Of a stretch of DNA of 37,192 nucleotides, positions 13,796-26,872 are shown in pieces. The stretch's first letter is position 1. Each line of letters begins with the position of its first letter. The notes below the pieces were generated by a model. The model did no database searches and was not told the origin of the DNA. It saw nothing but the letters and a program-made list of their open reading frames with translations. The position numbers were made by a program, and so were the translations under genes. This DNA is from Schmidtea polychroa (taxonomy: Eukaryota), in NCBI GenBank assembly GCA_044892525.1, contig CM097885.1:31956809-31994000 (forward strand). The letters are read 5' to 3'.

Positions 13796-15779
13796 TTTGA
13801 TGAAACTTATTTTTTATTTGATATATAATCTCAAGGAGCTTCTATTATATATTTGATTCAAAATTCAAAAAGGTATGCCATTCAAGTCACTATAAAAACT
13901 GAATCGCTGTTCACGGAAGAAATTGGAATAGTCAGCGTCAGTACCCATAGAGCAGAGGATATAAATGAGTTTTCAAACAGATTATAAAATTAAAGAAACT
14001 GCCATTTTTCCTGAAAGTTTAGATGTCATAGTAAACATGTTATTTAAAGATTATCTAATCGAAGTAATATTCTCTTTTGTTCGTTTAACAGGTATTACCG
14101 CCCGCGTATTCATAATTAGGTGTGCTGGTTGCTTCGCGTTGGCTGCTCTTTTATTACATATCCCACTATGGGATTGTTTTTTCATAAGACTGTAGACTAG
14201 GAGTGACCAGGCATTATATGAGGTGGACAAACAATTATTCAAAAAATAATGACTGGCAAAAGGTTTCATTGATATAAAAGGCTGTTACAAACAAATAATG
14301 TTTCAAATAATATTTAGTAGATCAAAATAATTAATAGCTCTTCTGTTTATTTGTATTAACCTTTAATGTAATAACTTCGGTAAAGGGTTTGACTATAGAT
14401 CAAGTATTTCAAATTTTACATTAAACGTTAATCCTTTTGAAAATTGTGTATGATTTGAAGAGAAAAGAAACTGAAGGTAGTTGATAAGTATTGAAGAATA
14501 TAAATATTTTACTCAGTTAATTTGTCATAAAACTGAATTAATGATTAATTTGGTTACTCCTGCTAATGGAATATCTAAATATTACTTCTGGCTTGCTTAC
14601 TGGTAATAAAAATAGTGTAAAATATGTTACCTAATTTTAGAATTATGCTTGAATTTCTTTTATTTATCAATTTCAATTAAAAATCACAGAGGCTTCTCCA
14701 AAGTCCCATATATTGAGCAATGTGTCTTATTTTTAGACCATGCTTAAGCCCAGTATGGACTTATCAAGGATATTTATTTACAAAATGTTAGTATGTAGAT
14801 ATCCATGAACTTAGGTGCAATAATATGGCTATTGAGATATGTGTACAAATGTTATTAACACAACGCCAACTCAAACCTCACCACCTTTCAAGGCATTTGA
14901 ATAAGCATTTCCAATTGTCAACCAATGAACAATGCTGTGCTATATATCCATGTCATATATCCATGAAGGAAGGAAACTACAGTTGCTACTGAGGTACCAC
15001 TGAATCCTCTTTGGAACACCCCTTGAATACTATCTAAACACATGTGAACAATTGCCATTACAATCTGTACCTTTATCTTAATTTTCTGATAACCTATTTC
15101 CAAAAACTATGGACATGATTTGGAACTCGAATGATTAGACATTTAATTTTCAGGTTTCTCTTGTAAATCTAAATATCGCAAGGATTTTATTTTATTGTTG
15201 TTTGTAACCCACGTTTTATCAAAAATTAAAATCATGCTTAGAAATGTGTCTTTCTTTATAGATTGATGGAAGAAAACTAGAAGATAAGTGTTAATTTAGG
15301 TCAAATTTTTATTCTAATTAGATGAAGAGATCAGAATTTGGACAAGAAAATAGATATTCATTTAAAAAATAGTTTTTTTGTTTTAATGAATGCACTGAAA
15401 ATTACCATCGGGAAAATAGATGTCACATTGAAGCTGTTTTTTTTTTATTTTATTTTTTTATTTCATTTTATCAATAAATGTAAATGTTTTTTTGTAAATT
15501 TAAACTAAACAATATTTTTTCCACCTTTCTTGATTTTAATAATAACTTCTTTCTATTAATTCAAAATAATGTCAGAAAGTAATGATATTAAAAAAACATT
15601 TAAAAGATATAAAAATATAATATTATATAATTAAATAATTCACTGTTTAAATAGACAAGTAGAATAATATAATTATTAAAAATAATTGTTGTATAATTTT
15701 CCACAAATTTTTCTAAAATAGATTGCCTAAAAATTCGGTGAAATATTTAATAATAAACGCAATGCAATGATGAGGTCCA

Positions 15780-16450
15780 ATAAAAATAATTGGAGTGATG
15801 AAACAGCATTATTTCTATATTATCTAATCACTGTGGAATGAGAATTCAATCAACATAACAGTTTGTGTAGCTAGATTCGACATTTACAGCTTACAGGGGA
15901 AATTAAATATAATTAGATCCACTAATTAATCCTGACGATAATCATCACTAGTAACGGTAGCGGCGGCTGTGGCGGCGGCGGAGATTAATACCTGCCTGAC
16001 AAGAAATACCATAATTCTGCCGTATTTTTTTCCCTAGCATCAATAACATGTGCTAAACAATTTATTTCTTTACCAACTGACGATTAATTACGACCTTGTC
16101 TGACAGAGCCCCAATTCATGATTTTCATAGGGAGAACCCGTCAGTTTGTGTTCCAATTGATGAGCTGTCATCAATTATCTCTTTATTAAATACGAACTCC
16201 ATCAGCCAATTAGTGTGGCGAGTCAGTGAAAATTTCCCGATGACAATCATCCAATTCACAATTACCTTTTCGTAATATTTCCAAACGAATCCATTTCCCC
16301 CAATTCGGTCATTTGATCCTTTTTTTTAGTCAGTGATGTTCAGTAGAAAATCGGGTCTTAGTCGATTTATAGAATCAGTTCTTGTTGGTATTCTGTCTAT
16401 GACGTTCGCCGGTCGGTAGACGCCATCACTGATTCTGTAATTGTTTGGCA
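15780..16450. promoter_or_regulatory. Candidate cis-regulatory block in Nkx1 intron 1 (or an alternative promoter)
   Basis: Non-coding, higher-complexity island with clustered TAAT/ATTA cores (e.g. CCACTAATTAATCC), TGACAG/CTGTCA (TALE-type) motifs, a CCAAT box and a GCGGCGG run. Function is inferred. Confidence 0.4.
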
Positions 16451-16897
16451 ACTTTTGTCTTGTTAGTTTCTATTAATTATCGATGCTTATCTTTGATTGA
16501 TTTAAGAAAATTGGTGGAGTTTGCCTGTGCACTTTTGTCCTAAATTGATAGAATAAGGTGCCTAAATGATTTGTTAATATAATATTAATAATTCTTATTT
16601 ATTTTTGAAATTAAAATATTGACTACAAAGTATTTATAAAATAAAATACTGGAAAAAAAGTCTAATCTATTATTTTGAAAACAAATTTTTGTTTAAGATT
16701 ATATTCATTTAAACAAAAAAATTATTTATAAATATTATAAGAATATAANNNNNNNNNNNNNNNNNNNNNNNNNNNNNNNNNNNNNNNNNNNNNNNNNNNN
16801 NNNNNNNNNNNNNNNNNNNNNNNNNNNNNNNNNNNNNNNNNNNNNNNNNNNNNNNNNNNNNNNNNNNNNNNNNNNNNNNNNNNNNNNNNNNNNNNNT

Positions 16898-17404
<507 letters not shown>

Positions 17405-18112
17405 TGACTAAATAGTGAGTCTAAGGTGACAGCTGAATCACGAAAAAGGCTTCCTCGCTCACTCTGACCTATACAGTCCCATCCTTCTCATTTCTCTTGG
17501 AATATTTGAAATTATTATTAAATGTCTACTACAAATATTTTGTAATAAATTTTATGATTTTATGAAGAATCATAAATATTTTTCAAACTCTTTCTTTTAA
17601 CTATTTCAACTTATTTGTTATTAAAACAAATTAATATAAATGCCAAAACAATCAGAAACTGAATAAACAACAAGTTAAAAAATTATATTTCCAGATTTAA
17701 GAAGAATTGATTAATTTGTATTAATTTTTGCCTCACGACACTATCGCACTTTTTCTGTTCAGCACCTAAAAGTGTCAACTAATTGACCCGAAGAGTCAAT
17801 TTGCCCGCATGCTCGAATTTATTAGTGTATATTTGCACTGTTACCGCCTTCACTGTTACTCAAGTTCATAAAGATCTGTGGTACTCAAACCATTAATATA
17901 AATATTAGTCTAAAATGTTTTATGAGCTTCATTTTTCAAAATTGCCTTACTTTTTCGAAATAATAATTTCATTGCATTCTTACAATTATGCCAGATATTC
18001 ATAACTTTGACAAATTTATTATCGCTTCCGTCTGTTTGAGATTTTAGTTATCAGTCAACAGAAAATAGAGATTAATTAAATTGTTTTGTAATTTTAAATA
18101 TAAAAAACATAA

Positions 18113-18547
<435 letters not shown>

Positions 18548-19795
18548 CTATAAACTCAAATGATGCCAATATATCTTCCTTTTTAGTGCCATTTCCGTTA
18601 AAGAAATACCGACGGAATTATTGTTAATATACCTTATTTTGATTTATCTTTTAAATGCATTTTTTCTTCTTTACAATTGATGATTTGTCATTAAAGATAT
18701 TAAATGTGCTTCAACATTGATCGAATGTTTTCAATTTCTTTTTTCTTTCTTTTCAAACAACAGCAGATCAATAAATTCTAATTAGACACAAATTTAACGA
18801 CCAAATCTCATCTGAAAATCTAGAGGAAAATATTATGATTTTGAGTAATTTGAGAGCTTTCTTTTATATTTTTTGAGCACATAAAAGGCCGTTATTTTTT
18901 ATTTAACCTATTCCCTTTGAAAATATAACAGATATAATATTATTCAATTTTAACTTTATAAGACACATATTTACAATTTACAGAATTTGCTACATTAAAA
19001 TAGCAATTGACTTTTTAGGTGAGTTTACAGTGTTCATGATTTGGAAATTATCTTGCAATTCATATCCTTATCGATGGCTCAGACGACCTTCTCTTGTATG
19101 GACAACTTCAGTTCGACTTCTTCTTCACCTGTCTCATTGTCCGATTCTTATTTAAGTAATTCATTGCAATCGAGGGACTTTGACAGACCAGTAACCAGTG
19201 AAACAATCATCGTTTTGCTTAGACATTCAAAATTTAAAAGAGAATTCAACTCCAATTCAGTATAATTTTGTGTGCATTTGTACAGATATTGCAGCCAAGG
19301 CCGTCTAAAGAAATTCGGAGCCCGTGGGCTACTAAAAATAATGCGCCCCTCTTCGTAAGAAACTATTCACAGGATAGCAAAAGGGAGCTATTACTCCAGC
19401 AAAATTATACAAGAGTGTCAGAACTAAAATAACCAATTCATTACCTATATACAAAACAAGTAACTTATATTTATTTTCCTAGCTTTTTCTTTGGCAAACT
19501 GATCAATAATATCCCTCGGTTTAAGTTAAGTTGAAAAATAATACATATTAAATAGTGGTGGTCAAACAAGTGCGCACAAGACAAATGCTCATGAGACAAA
19601 TGCGCACAAAAGAATAAAAATATGGATTTACAGTAAATAGTTTTATATTAAAATTGCATGCATTTATAACAATAATTAAATAAATATGTACAAAAGAATT
19701 TTTTATTTATTGCATATATTGTCACATTAATTAAATATAAAATAATTGAAAAACGCCAAAAATTGACAGACCGCCACTGATAATATTTTTTTTCA

Positions 19796-19938
19796 TTTTT
19801 TCACTGAAAATTTGAAATAAATTTGTATCGTTGCAAATGTATTACATTTCGAATTTTAAGAATATTAAAATGTTTAATCTTGAAGTAAATTGGGATACCT
19901 TAAATAATTAACCATTAAAAATAAAAAATGCGTTTCTA
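19796..19938 (+). repeat. ~145-bp dispersed repeat, copy 2
   Basis: Direct copy of 13651-13795. Confidence 0.9.
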
Positions 19939-21900
19939 CTACAAATATTTTGAAAAAAAAAATTGAAAAAAAGTGCATGTGTATAATAAATATTTTGGGC
20001 ATTATACAAAATAGAACTTTTTTTCATTAATTTACAAAGTAGAACACTTTTTTAAAACCAGAACATCAGTTAATATTGAAAGTTTTTATACAAATAAGAT
20101 GATTTGAAATCATTGATTTCCAGAAATAATTAATAACATTAAAAAAACAGACAGCCTCTTTAAATTAAATTTTTTTATTAATTTTTTTTTGTCTTGGGGT
20201 TTTCCCACATTGTTTGAGCGCATCTATTAAAATGTGTTTAAATTAATCGAAAAATAGAATGGTTTGGGAAATTCAGCGGGGCACTTGATTCACTCGATTT
20301 CTTTCTAAGCCAGTGTTAATATCGACAATGTTGATATCGAAGGCGAAGTGCCTTGGAATGTGCAATTTTATCCCAAGAAAAGGATAAAGCTTGGAAAGTC
20401 TCTAATGAAATGAATAGTTTTCATAGAATGTATAAGCATCAGGTTTTCTGTCTTTGAATTTAGTGGACACATCTTTTCATATTATTTTAATTTATTCATT
20501 CCTATCAATAACTCAAGAAAAGTATTTGTGTTGAAACTTTAAACTAAGAGGCCACTCACAAAAACTGTTTATGTCTATATAAAAAAAGCCCAGTGTCGTC
20601 ATCGGATGCTGTGTGGCATTCTGTAACGAAATTTAACCAACTACGGATCCTCACTCCCAAAATGCCATACAAATACATAGAATATATTTAAATCGTTAAA
20701 GCTAATTTAGAAGACATACCTGAAATTTCTAAGAAATTAAATGGTTCAAGCCTATTATATGCAAGGAACTTTCACTGTAACTGCTGAATTAAATCAGCAG
20801 ATAAGCAGGCGTGGAATTTTATATAATATTATATAAACATCTAGTCAATTAAAGTCATATAACTGGTTTCTGTTAATATATCTCTTGCTTTATAGTACTC
20901 GTCTGCTGTACATTCACGCAAATTAATGACATGTAGATTATTTTTAACCCTTCCTAAGATGTTCTGAAATTATATAGAAATATCCCTTTAAAATCAATAA
21001 TACTCCGAATAAATTTTGACGAAGTTGAAGGTAATGACGTCAAAGTTTTTAAAGCATTATATTATAAACTTAAATAAACAAATTAGAAAGAATTAATAAA
21101 TTTAATATTTAGACTATTGACTCTTGGAGATAGGGTTTCTGTTTTTTGAGAGCCGTTTTCCGTTTTTACTAATATATAAATTCTGCAATAGAAGCGAAAT
21201 TTTTTTAAAAACTTTTTTGTTCTTTTATTTAAATCGAACTCCAAAGAGACCAGTGTGTGCTGATAGAATGTTAGCAGTTCCTATTTTTAACCATTTTTTC
21301 AAAAAATACTTTCCATATTTTTCATTAACACAATTTTTGCAAACAAATAAAAAATGCAAATATTAAAATAATTAAAAATGGGTTGAAAACTGCAATAACA
21401 AAGTGTGAGATCAATTTTTCGGAAGGTATCTGTGAATTTGAAATGTCACATAAGCTCATTAATATAAAAGAAGTGGATAGAATTTCAATTTTGCTAATTT
21501 CTTTTCTAAACAAATTATTTAACAAAGAATTTTTAAAATTGTGATGATTTGATTAGATTCTTTGTACGGAAAGTATATGTAAATAACACAACGAGAAAGA
21601 TATCTCTAAAGCCGTAATATTTATTCATCCAAAGCTAGTTAGACTAAATAAATAATATTTTCTAAAATATTATTTTTAAAGCTTTAAATTACTTTAACGG
21701 TTTTTAAAAAATTCGAATGTTTTTGTGCTAAAATGCGATACTAGCGCCACCTAGAAGATGCCAAGCTAAGTTCTATCCGCATAATCTGGAAAAAAATGTG
21801 AATTTCCTTTTAATTTTTAAACTAATTTCAATAGAATAAAGTAATTTTCACAGTGTTTTAATCCATAATGGATTATCCATTCTTTAAAAATTTGATTATA

Positions 21901-22150
21901 CACCCATACCTCGCTTTACGGCCTACATACGTTCCACGAAACTTGGCCGCAAAGCGAAAAGCCGTATAAGAAATCGAGATTGCGCTTGCGTAAGATTGGC
22001 AACATGTAGATATATCGACATCGAAAAAAAGTTTTTTTATGCCGTTATAGCGAAACATTTTAGGCCGTGAATCGAAAACGTGCCTTAATTAAAGAGGGCC
22101 GTTATAGCGAAATGCCGTATAAAGAGCGGCCGTATAGCGAGGTATGGATG
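21901..22150. mobile_element. Tc1/mariner(pogo)-type MITE, 250 bp
   Basis: TIRs CA(C/T)CCATACCTCGCT(T/A)TACGGCC; TA dinucleotide on both sides (21899-21900, 22151-22152); internal GCCGT(T)ATAGCGA repeats. Confidence 0.8.
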
Positions 22151-23550
22151 TATTATCCATAATTTTAGAGATATCAAGAATTTGGGATTATGCAACTAAG
22201 CGCAAAAATACAACAACAAATGAACTCGAAGGCATATGTAATCGATGCGGAAAAACAATCAAGTGCGTAAAATCCTCCGTTACTACTTTAAAGACACATC
22301 TCAAAGCAAATGGCATCATTATCGAGATGAATGAACAATCAAGTGAAGAACCCGCTTCAAAGAAACCAAAGACAATATGGGATTTCATGACAAAACCATT
22401 TCGGAAGGAAACAGTTTCTGATCTTGAAACCGAAGGGATTGCAATTAGAACAATAACGCGAAATAGCTATATCCGTAAATCGATTCAACGAGATGGCTTC
22501 AAACTACCAGAAAACGAGTCTGATGTGATGAAACCTTTGCTTGTCGAATACAACGAGAAGAGAGAAAAAATGGAGACTGAAATTCGCTCGATGATACAGG
22601 AAGTTAAATTCAGCATGACGGTCGACGAGTATACTACGATTCATGGCCCACACTTTATCGGAATCAACTTACACGATAGCGTAGAGAAAATGATATGGAA
22701 AACCGGAATTATTCGTATTTTGGGATCTTGCCCTGCCGAGGGCATGTTCAATTCTATCAAGCAGCATTTGATCTCATTTGGAATTAATCCTGAGTGTGAT
22801 CTTGATGCTTCAACTCAAGACAGTGCCGCTGTTAACAAAAAGTACATAAGGGTCCAGGGCGTTATTTGCCAATTTTGCTTTAATCATGCTTTTCACTCGG
22901 ATGTCACCGATACTCTTTACAAAAAGCAAGACAAGATTCAAGATGAAGTTGATTTTGATGAAAATGATGAATTCGACGGAACTGACTTTGAAATCATTGA
23001 TAGCAATACGAACGAATAAATTCAATATAATGAACTTTTCATACAAGCCAGGAAAGTAGTGAAGTACATTAAATTTTCACCAGTTAGGAATTATGCTTTT
23101 CAAGGTAAAGTAAAAGGAAAGCTGAACAAAGAAGTAAAACTGCATTTGGACGAGAAAAAACATCACTAGAATTCAATCCCAGAGCTATTTTAGCCACTCA
23201 TTGAGACTGAAGAAGCACTCAAAGAAACCTTAAAAGATCTCAACGCGAGTTATATGATCGAAAATCTTGATTTTGACGCAAGGTTTTGCTAGCTACGATG
23301 ACTCCAAAAAAACTGATCGTTGAAGTATTAAGCAGAGAAGATTAAACGCTTCAAACTGCAGACACCGATTTTATGTATCGCAAGCTTGCCGGTATGAAAA
23401 GTACAATAAGTGCGGTCTTCTCAAAAATTTGAAAAAAAGAGTGTATGAACGATGGAATCATGATGTAATGAATTTATTACGAGGTGTAAAGGATCCCAAC
23501 ATGGTGAGAACACATAACACAATTATTTATGAAGGAAAGCTCTTCACTCA
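22151..23550 (+). pseudogene. Decayed hAT transposase with N-terminal BED zinc finger, interrupted by the gypsy element
   Basis: IWDY...CNRCGKTIK...TTLKTHL (BED finger); SMTVDEYT (first catalytic D); STQDSAAVN; CFNHAFH (CxxH); degraded TRWNS near 23165. Stops and frameshifts after 23019. The annotated ATG at 22144 lies inside the MITE end. Confidence 0.85.
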
Positions 23551-23764
23551 TATTAGGATTCTCATCCGTTAAAACATTATTATCTGTTTGCAAATCATTA
23601 AACAATTCCATAAATTTTTATTTAATAAATTATACACTCAAAACTTTTGTTTCTTATTTAAACAAATTTCAATCTTTCTTTTTAAAATATTTTTCGATAA
23701 AAATATTTTTAAAATTTTACAAAATTTCTAATTAAAACATTTAGAATCTTTCATCTTCCTCATA
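23551..23764 (-). repeat. 3' LTR of the gypsy element
   Basis: Preceded on the minus strand by PPT AAGAAGGGGGA (23765-23775); termini TATGAGGA...TCCTAATA form an imperfect inverted repeat. Confidence 0.9.
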
Positions 23765-25023
23765 TCCCCCTTCTTAAGAATTTTTTTAAGTTTTTCCACG
23801 TTTCTTTCAATCTTTATTCCATTCTCATTTATTAAGATATATCGCCTGTCATGCACTTTCTCGATTACTTTATATGGTCCCTCATATCTGTCTTGGCTTT
23901 TGTTGCGTGTTTCTAATTTTACTAACACATTTTCTCCTACGTTGAATTCCCTCCTTGTTTGTTCTTCTTGTTCTTCCTTTACCTGTTTTTCTTTGACCCG
24001 TACCACTTTTCCCTGCTAATTTTTTTTCCAAAAACTATCTCTGCCGGAATTTTTCCTGTCGCTTTTTGTTTGGTTGCGTTTAATGTAAATTCGACTTCTG
24101 GTAGTATCTCTGCCCAATCCGTCTTCCTTCTGTCTCGTAAAGTAGCATATATCAGCTCTCGTATTGTCCTTAATTGCATTTCTATCTGTCAATTTATTTG
24201 GTGATGGTATGGACTCGAAAAACACAACTTAATATCAATCATCTTTGTGAATTCTCTCATCATTCCTGATTCCCACAATCAACTCTTATCTACTTTGAGC
24301 ATCCAAATCTTAAAATCCATTTTTCTAAAATCGTTTTATTTATTGTTTCCTCGTTTTGTCTTGTTATAGCTGTCAAGACTTGATACTTACTATACTTATT
24401 ATACCCAATATATACATTATATATATAGTATATATACCCAATATATTATACATTTCGGTTGATTCTAGATTTTTTACTGGTTCCTTCGTTGTAATTGTTA
24501 TAGCCTTGGTTTTTTGGCAAGTCTCACAACTTCGAATAGTTTCCTGAATCTGACTCCACAGGTTTTTCCTAATATATCTATCTTTCATATAATGGGCTAT
24601 CTTCTCAACTCCAGCCTGACACAATAGTCTATGAATTTCCTTTATGGTTTCTTGTATCTCGTTTTCTGGTATCATCGTTTACTTTCGTCATTCTTTTTTC
24701 AAGTTTCCATGTTGATTGGGGCTTTCACCTTCTTCTCTGATCGAGTCTAGTAATCTAGTTTTTATCTTTCCTCTCTTAGCTTCTTCATGAGCCATTTGAC
24801 ATTGAACACACGTTTCACATATAGTTCTAGACATCATGTCTGAATTTTGGTGATTAACACCCTTTCTATATTCAACGATCATATCTAAACTGCTCAAATA
24901 ATTGATCCAGGTTTGGAATTGTGAAGTAATTGGCTACTTGGTTGTCATCATAAACGTGACCGCCTTGTGGCCTGTCCTTAGCGTGAATCTCCTTCCGTAG
25001 AGATAGTACTAGAAATGAATACA
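23765..25023 (-). pseudogene. pol: Gypsy pol 3' part: rest of RNase H and integrase (degenerate)
   Basis: YLYGRRFTLRTDH and EYRKGVNHQNSDMMSR (RNase H); IHRLLCQ...CETCQ (HHCC remnant); SSPYHHQ...QIE core; RYEGPYKVIEKV (GPY/F motif). Confidence 0.9.
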
Positions 25024-25657
25024 AGTAGATGGTATGGTCACCGCTAGAACAGGTCACCGCTGGAACAAAGACATTTTTACCCCACCCCCCCCCCGGCCGG
25101 AAAAAATTTTTAAAAATTTTTTTTTCAAGAACAAAGACATATGACTCATCCGATGACTCATCAAGCATTCAAGGTCGACTTAAGAACAAAGACATATGAC
25201 TCATCCGATGATATATAATTATTATTATTTTTAAAAATATTATTATTTCTAATGTCTTTGTTCCAGCGGTGACCTACTATTTGGCCTGCCAAAAGTTATC
25301 GTTCCCATCAACCTATTTCATCGATCGATAGCTTATTTTGAAGCTTGGTGCAAGACCTTTCGAATGAGCTATTGTTGTTATCACCATCTTTAATATTGAC
25401 AAAGTNNNNNNNNNNNNNNNNNNNNNNNNNNNNNNNNNNNNNNNNNNNNNNNNNNNNNNNNNNNNNNNNNNNNNNNNNNNNNNNNNNNNNNNNNNNNNNN
25501 NNNNNNNNNNNNNNNNNNNNNNNNNNNNNNNNNNNNNNNNNNNNNNNNNNNNNNNNNNNNNNNNNNNNNNNNNNNNNNNCTCCGAGTTTATCCGACAAAA
25601 TATTTTGTCCCCCTATGGGTAATGCTCACAAGGGTACTGGTCACGCTCAACAAATCA
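25024..25657 (+). repeat. Left TIR of the Polinton-like element
   Basis: Reverse complement of 33586-34208, including an N run at the same position; differs by repeat-unit slippage and a few inner substitutions. Confidence 0.92.
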
Positions 25658-25682
25658 ACAAATCAACAAAACATACATTTAT

Positions 25683-26183
25683 TTAAACAATAAAATAATG
25701 TAAAATTAACAAAGGTGAACTAAATATTGATGTACTACTATTCGCAGCAATATTGTTAGAAATTGGTAACGTTGAATTGATTTTCAGATATTCTATTGAT
25801 CCTTTGATTGTTTGAATTTCTCTTAATAATAATTCAATCTTTTTTAATAAATAATCATGCTTCTTATCAATAATTTTCATATTCTTTTTATTTTCAACAA
25901 TAGAGTTATTGAAAACCTCAATATGATCAATCAATTTAATTTTTATATTTTGTATATATTCAAATGATAGTTCATAACTGTTTTCCAAATTCTCCAATCT
26001 TTGAGATATTCTTTTTCCTGGATGCTTTGACCATTTTGGTTTGTCGAGAATATATAAAATATCCATCAACTTGGCTGTATTCGGACAAACACATATTGAT
26101 TTATTAAAAGACTCCACTGTTATTGTTGTATTGTGTGAGCACACACTCGTTATAATAATTAGCAATATGAATATAGTTTTCAT
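25683..26183 (-). CDS. Secreted or GPI-anchored glycoprotein-like protein with coiled coil (166 aa)
   Basis: N-terminal MKTIFILLIIITSVCS signal peptide; heptad-like central region; NxS/T sites (NTT, NKS, NNS, NST, NSS); small-residue stretch followed by a hydrophobic C-terminal tail; TATA ~30 nt upstream. Confidence 0.65.
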   Translation of the reverse strand: MKTIFILLIIITSVCSHNTTITVESFNKSICVCPNTAKLMDILYILDKPKWSKHPGKRISQRLENLENSYELSFEYIQNIKIKLIDHIEVFNNSIVENKKNMKIIDKKHDYLLKKIELLLREIQTIKGSIEYLKINSTLPISNNIAANSSTSIFSSPLLILHYFIV

Positions 26184-26288
26184 GGTGTATCAAATCAAAA
26201 CCATTCTTTTACATTTATAGTCTATCAACCAATCAAAATCATACAGTATTAGTATAAATAAAACATCATATTTTAAATTATTGTAAAA

Positions 26289-26795
26289 ATGTCTCATTTT
26301 ATGGAAAAACTTTTCTCGTCAACAAGAATATTATGGAAAGCCTAAGTTTCCTGGTCGATCGGACCGAAAAGATTATAGAAGGTAATCACATTGATTATGA
26401 GGACGTGCTCAATTCCGATTCCCTCGAAACGAAGAAATTCTATTTTAATAGGATTTTAACTGTCTATGCGACGAGGAGATGAAGTGGACCCGAATATTAG
26501 TAGGGTTCGCTTATATGAAGATCATAATGGAAAGAAGTCTATGGGACTCTGAACATTATTATCAGTGGTCTCAAGAAGTAATACTTTTATAATCTATATT
26601 TTATTAATATTTATTTTCTAGATAATCAAGTCAAAGTTTCAGCCATGGATTGAAGCCAATGGCGGATGGGGCGTGCTGAATCAACTCGCCAGAAATGCAA
26701 AGGAAATAGATCAGCAGAAAATCAAATTTAAAAACTATTTAAAACTTGCAACAGGTGTTGCTATTTTGTATGTTTTATGTCGGTTTTTTAAATAA
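26289..26795 (+). CDS. Bcl-2 family protein (BH3-like, BH1, BH2, C-terminal TM) with a 44-nt intron (26578-26621) and apparent 1-nt frameshift(s); possibly a pseudogene or sequence error
   Basis: BH1-like DEEMKWTRILVGFAY (26470-26514); BH2 WIEANGGW (26646-26669); tail LATGVAILYVLCRFFK*; GT...TTTTCTAG phase-0 intron. The upstream part (MESLSFLVDRTEKII..., from 26333) is in another frame, with a shift near 26467 and possibly near 26292. Confidence 0.8.
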
Positions 26796-26872
26796 AAATT
26801 AATATAGTTATTTTGTTTGATTTTTAAATAAAATTTTAAATAAATTTACAAACACTAATTAACTAAGATTTA

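Noticed and set aside
12420-15230. Coding-like patches (12458-12649, 13965-14269, 14918-15103)
   Set aside because: Multiple stops and no recognisable motifs; probably old TE relics inside Nkx1 intron 1.
19041-19265. Ser-rich + strand ORF; the minus strand resembles an acidic hAT C-terminal linker
   Set aside because: Low complexity with stops; not enough to call.
25036-25075. Tandem GGTCACCGCT(A/G)GAACA and GACTCATCCGAT units as a CRISPR-like array
   Set aside because: No unique spacers; these are TIR sub-repeats in a eukaryotic element.
26382-26451. Alternative GT-AG intron that might remove the Bcl-2 frameshift
   Set aside because: It would require an upstream frame that contains stops, and it would delete coding-like sequence.
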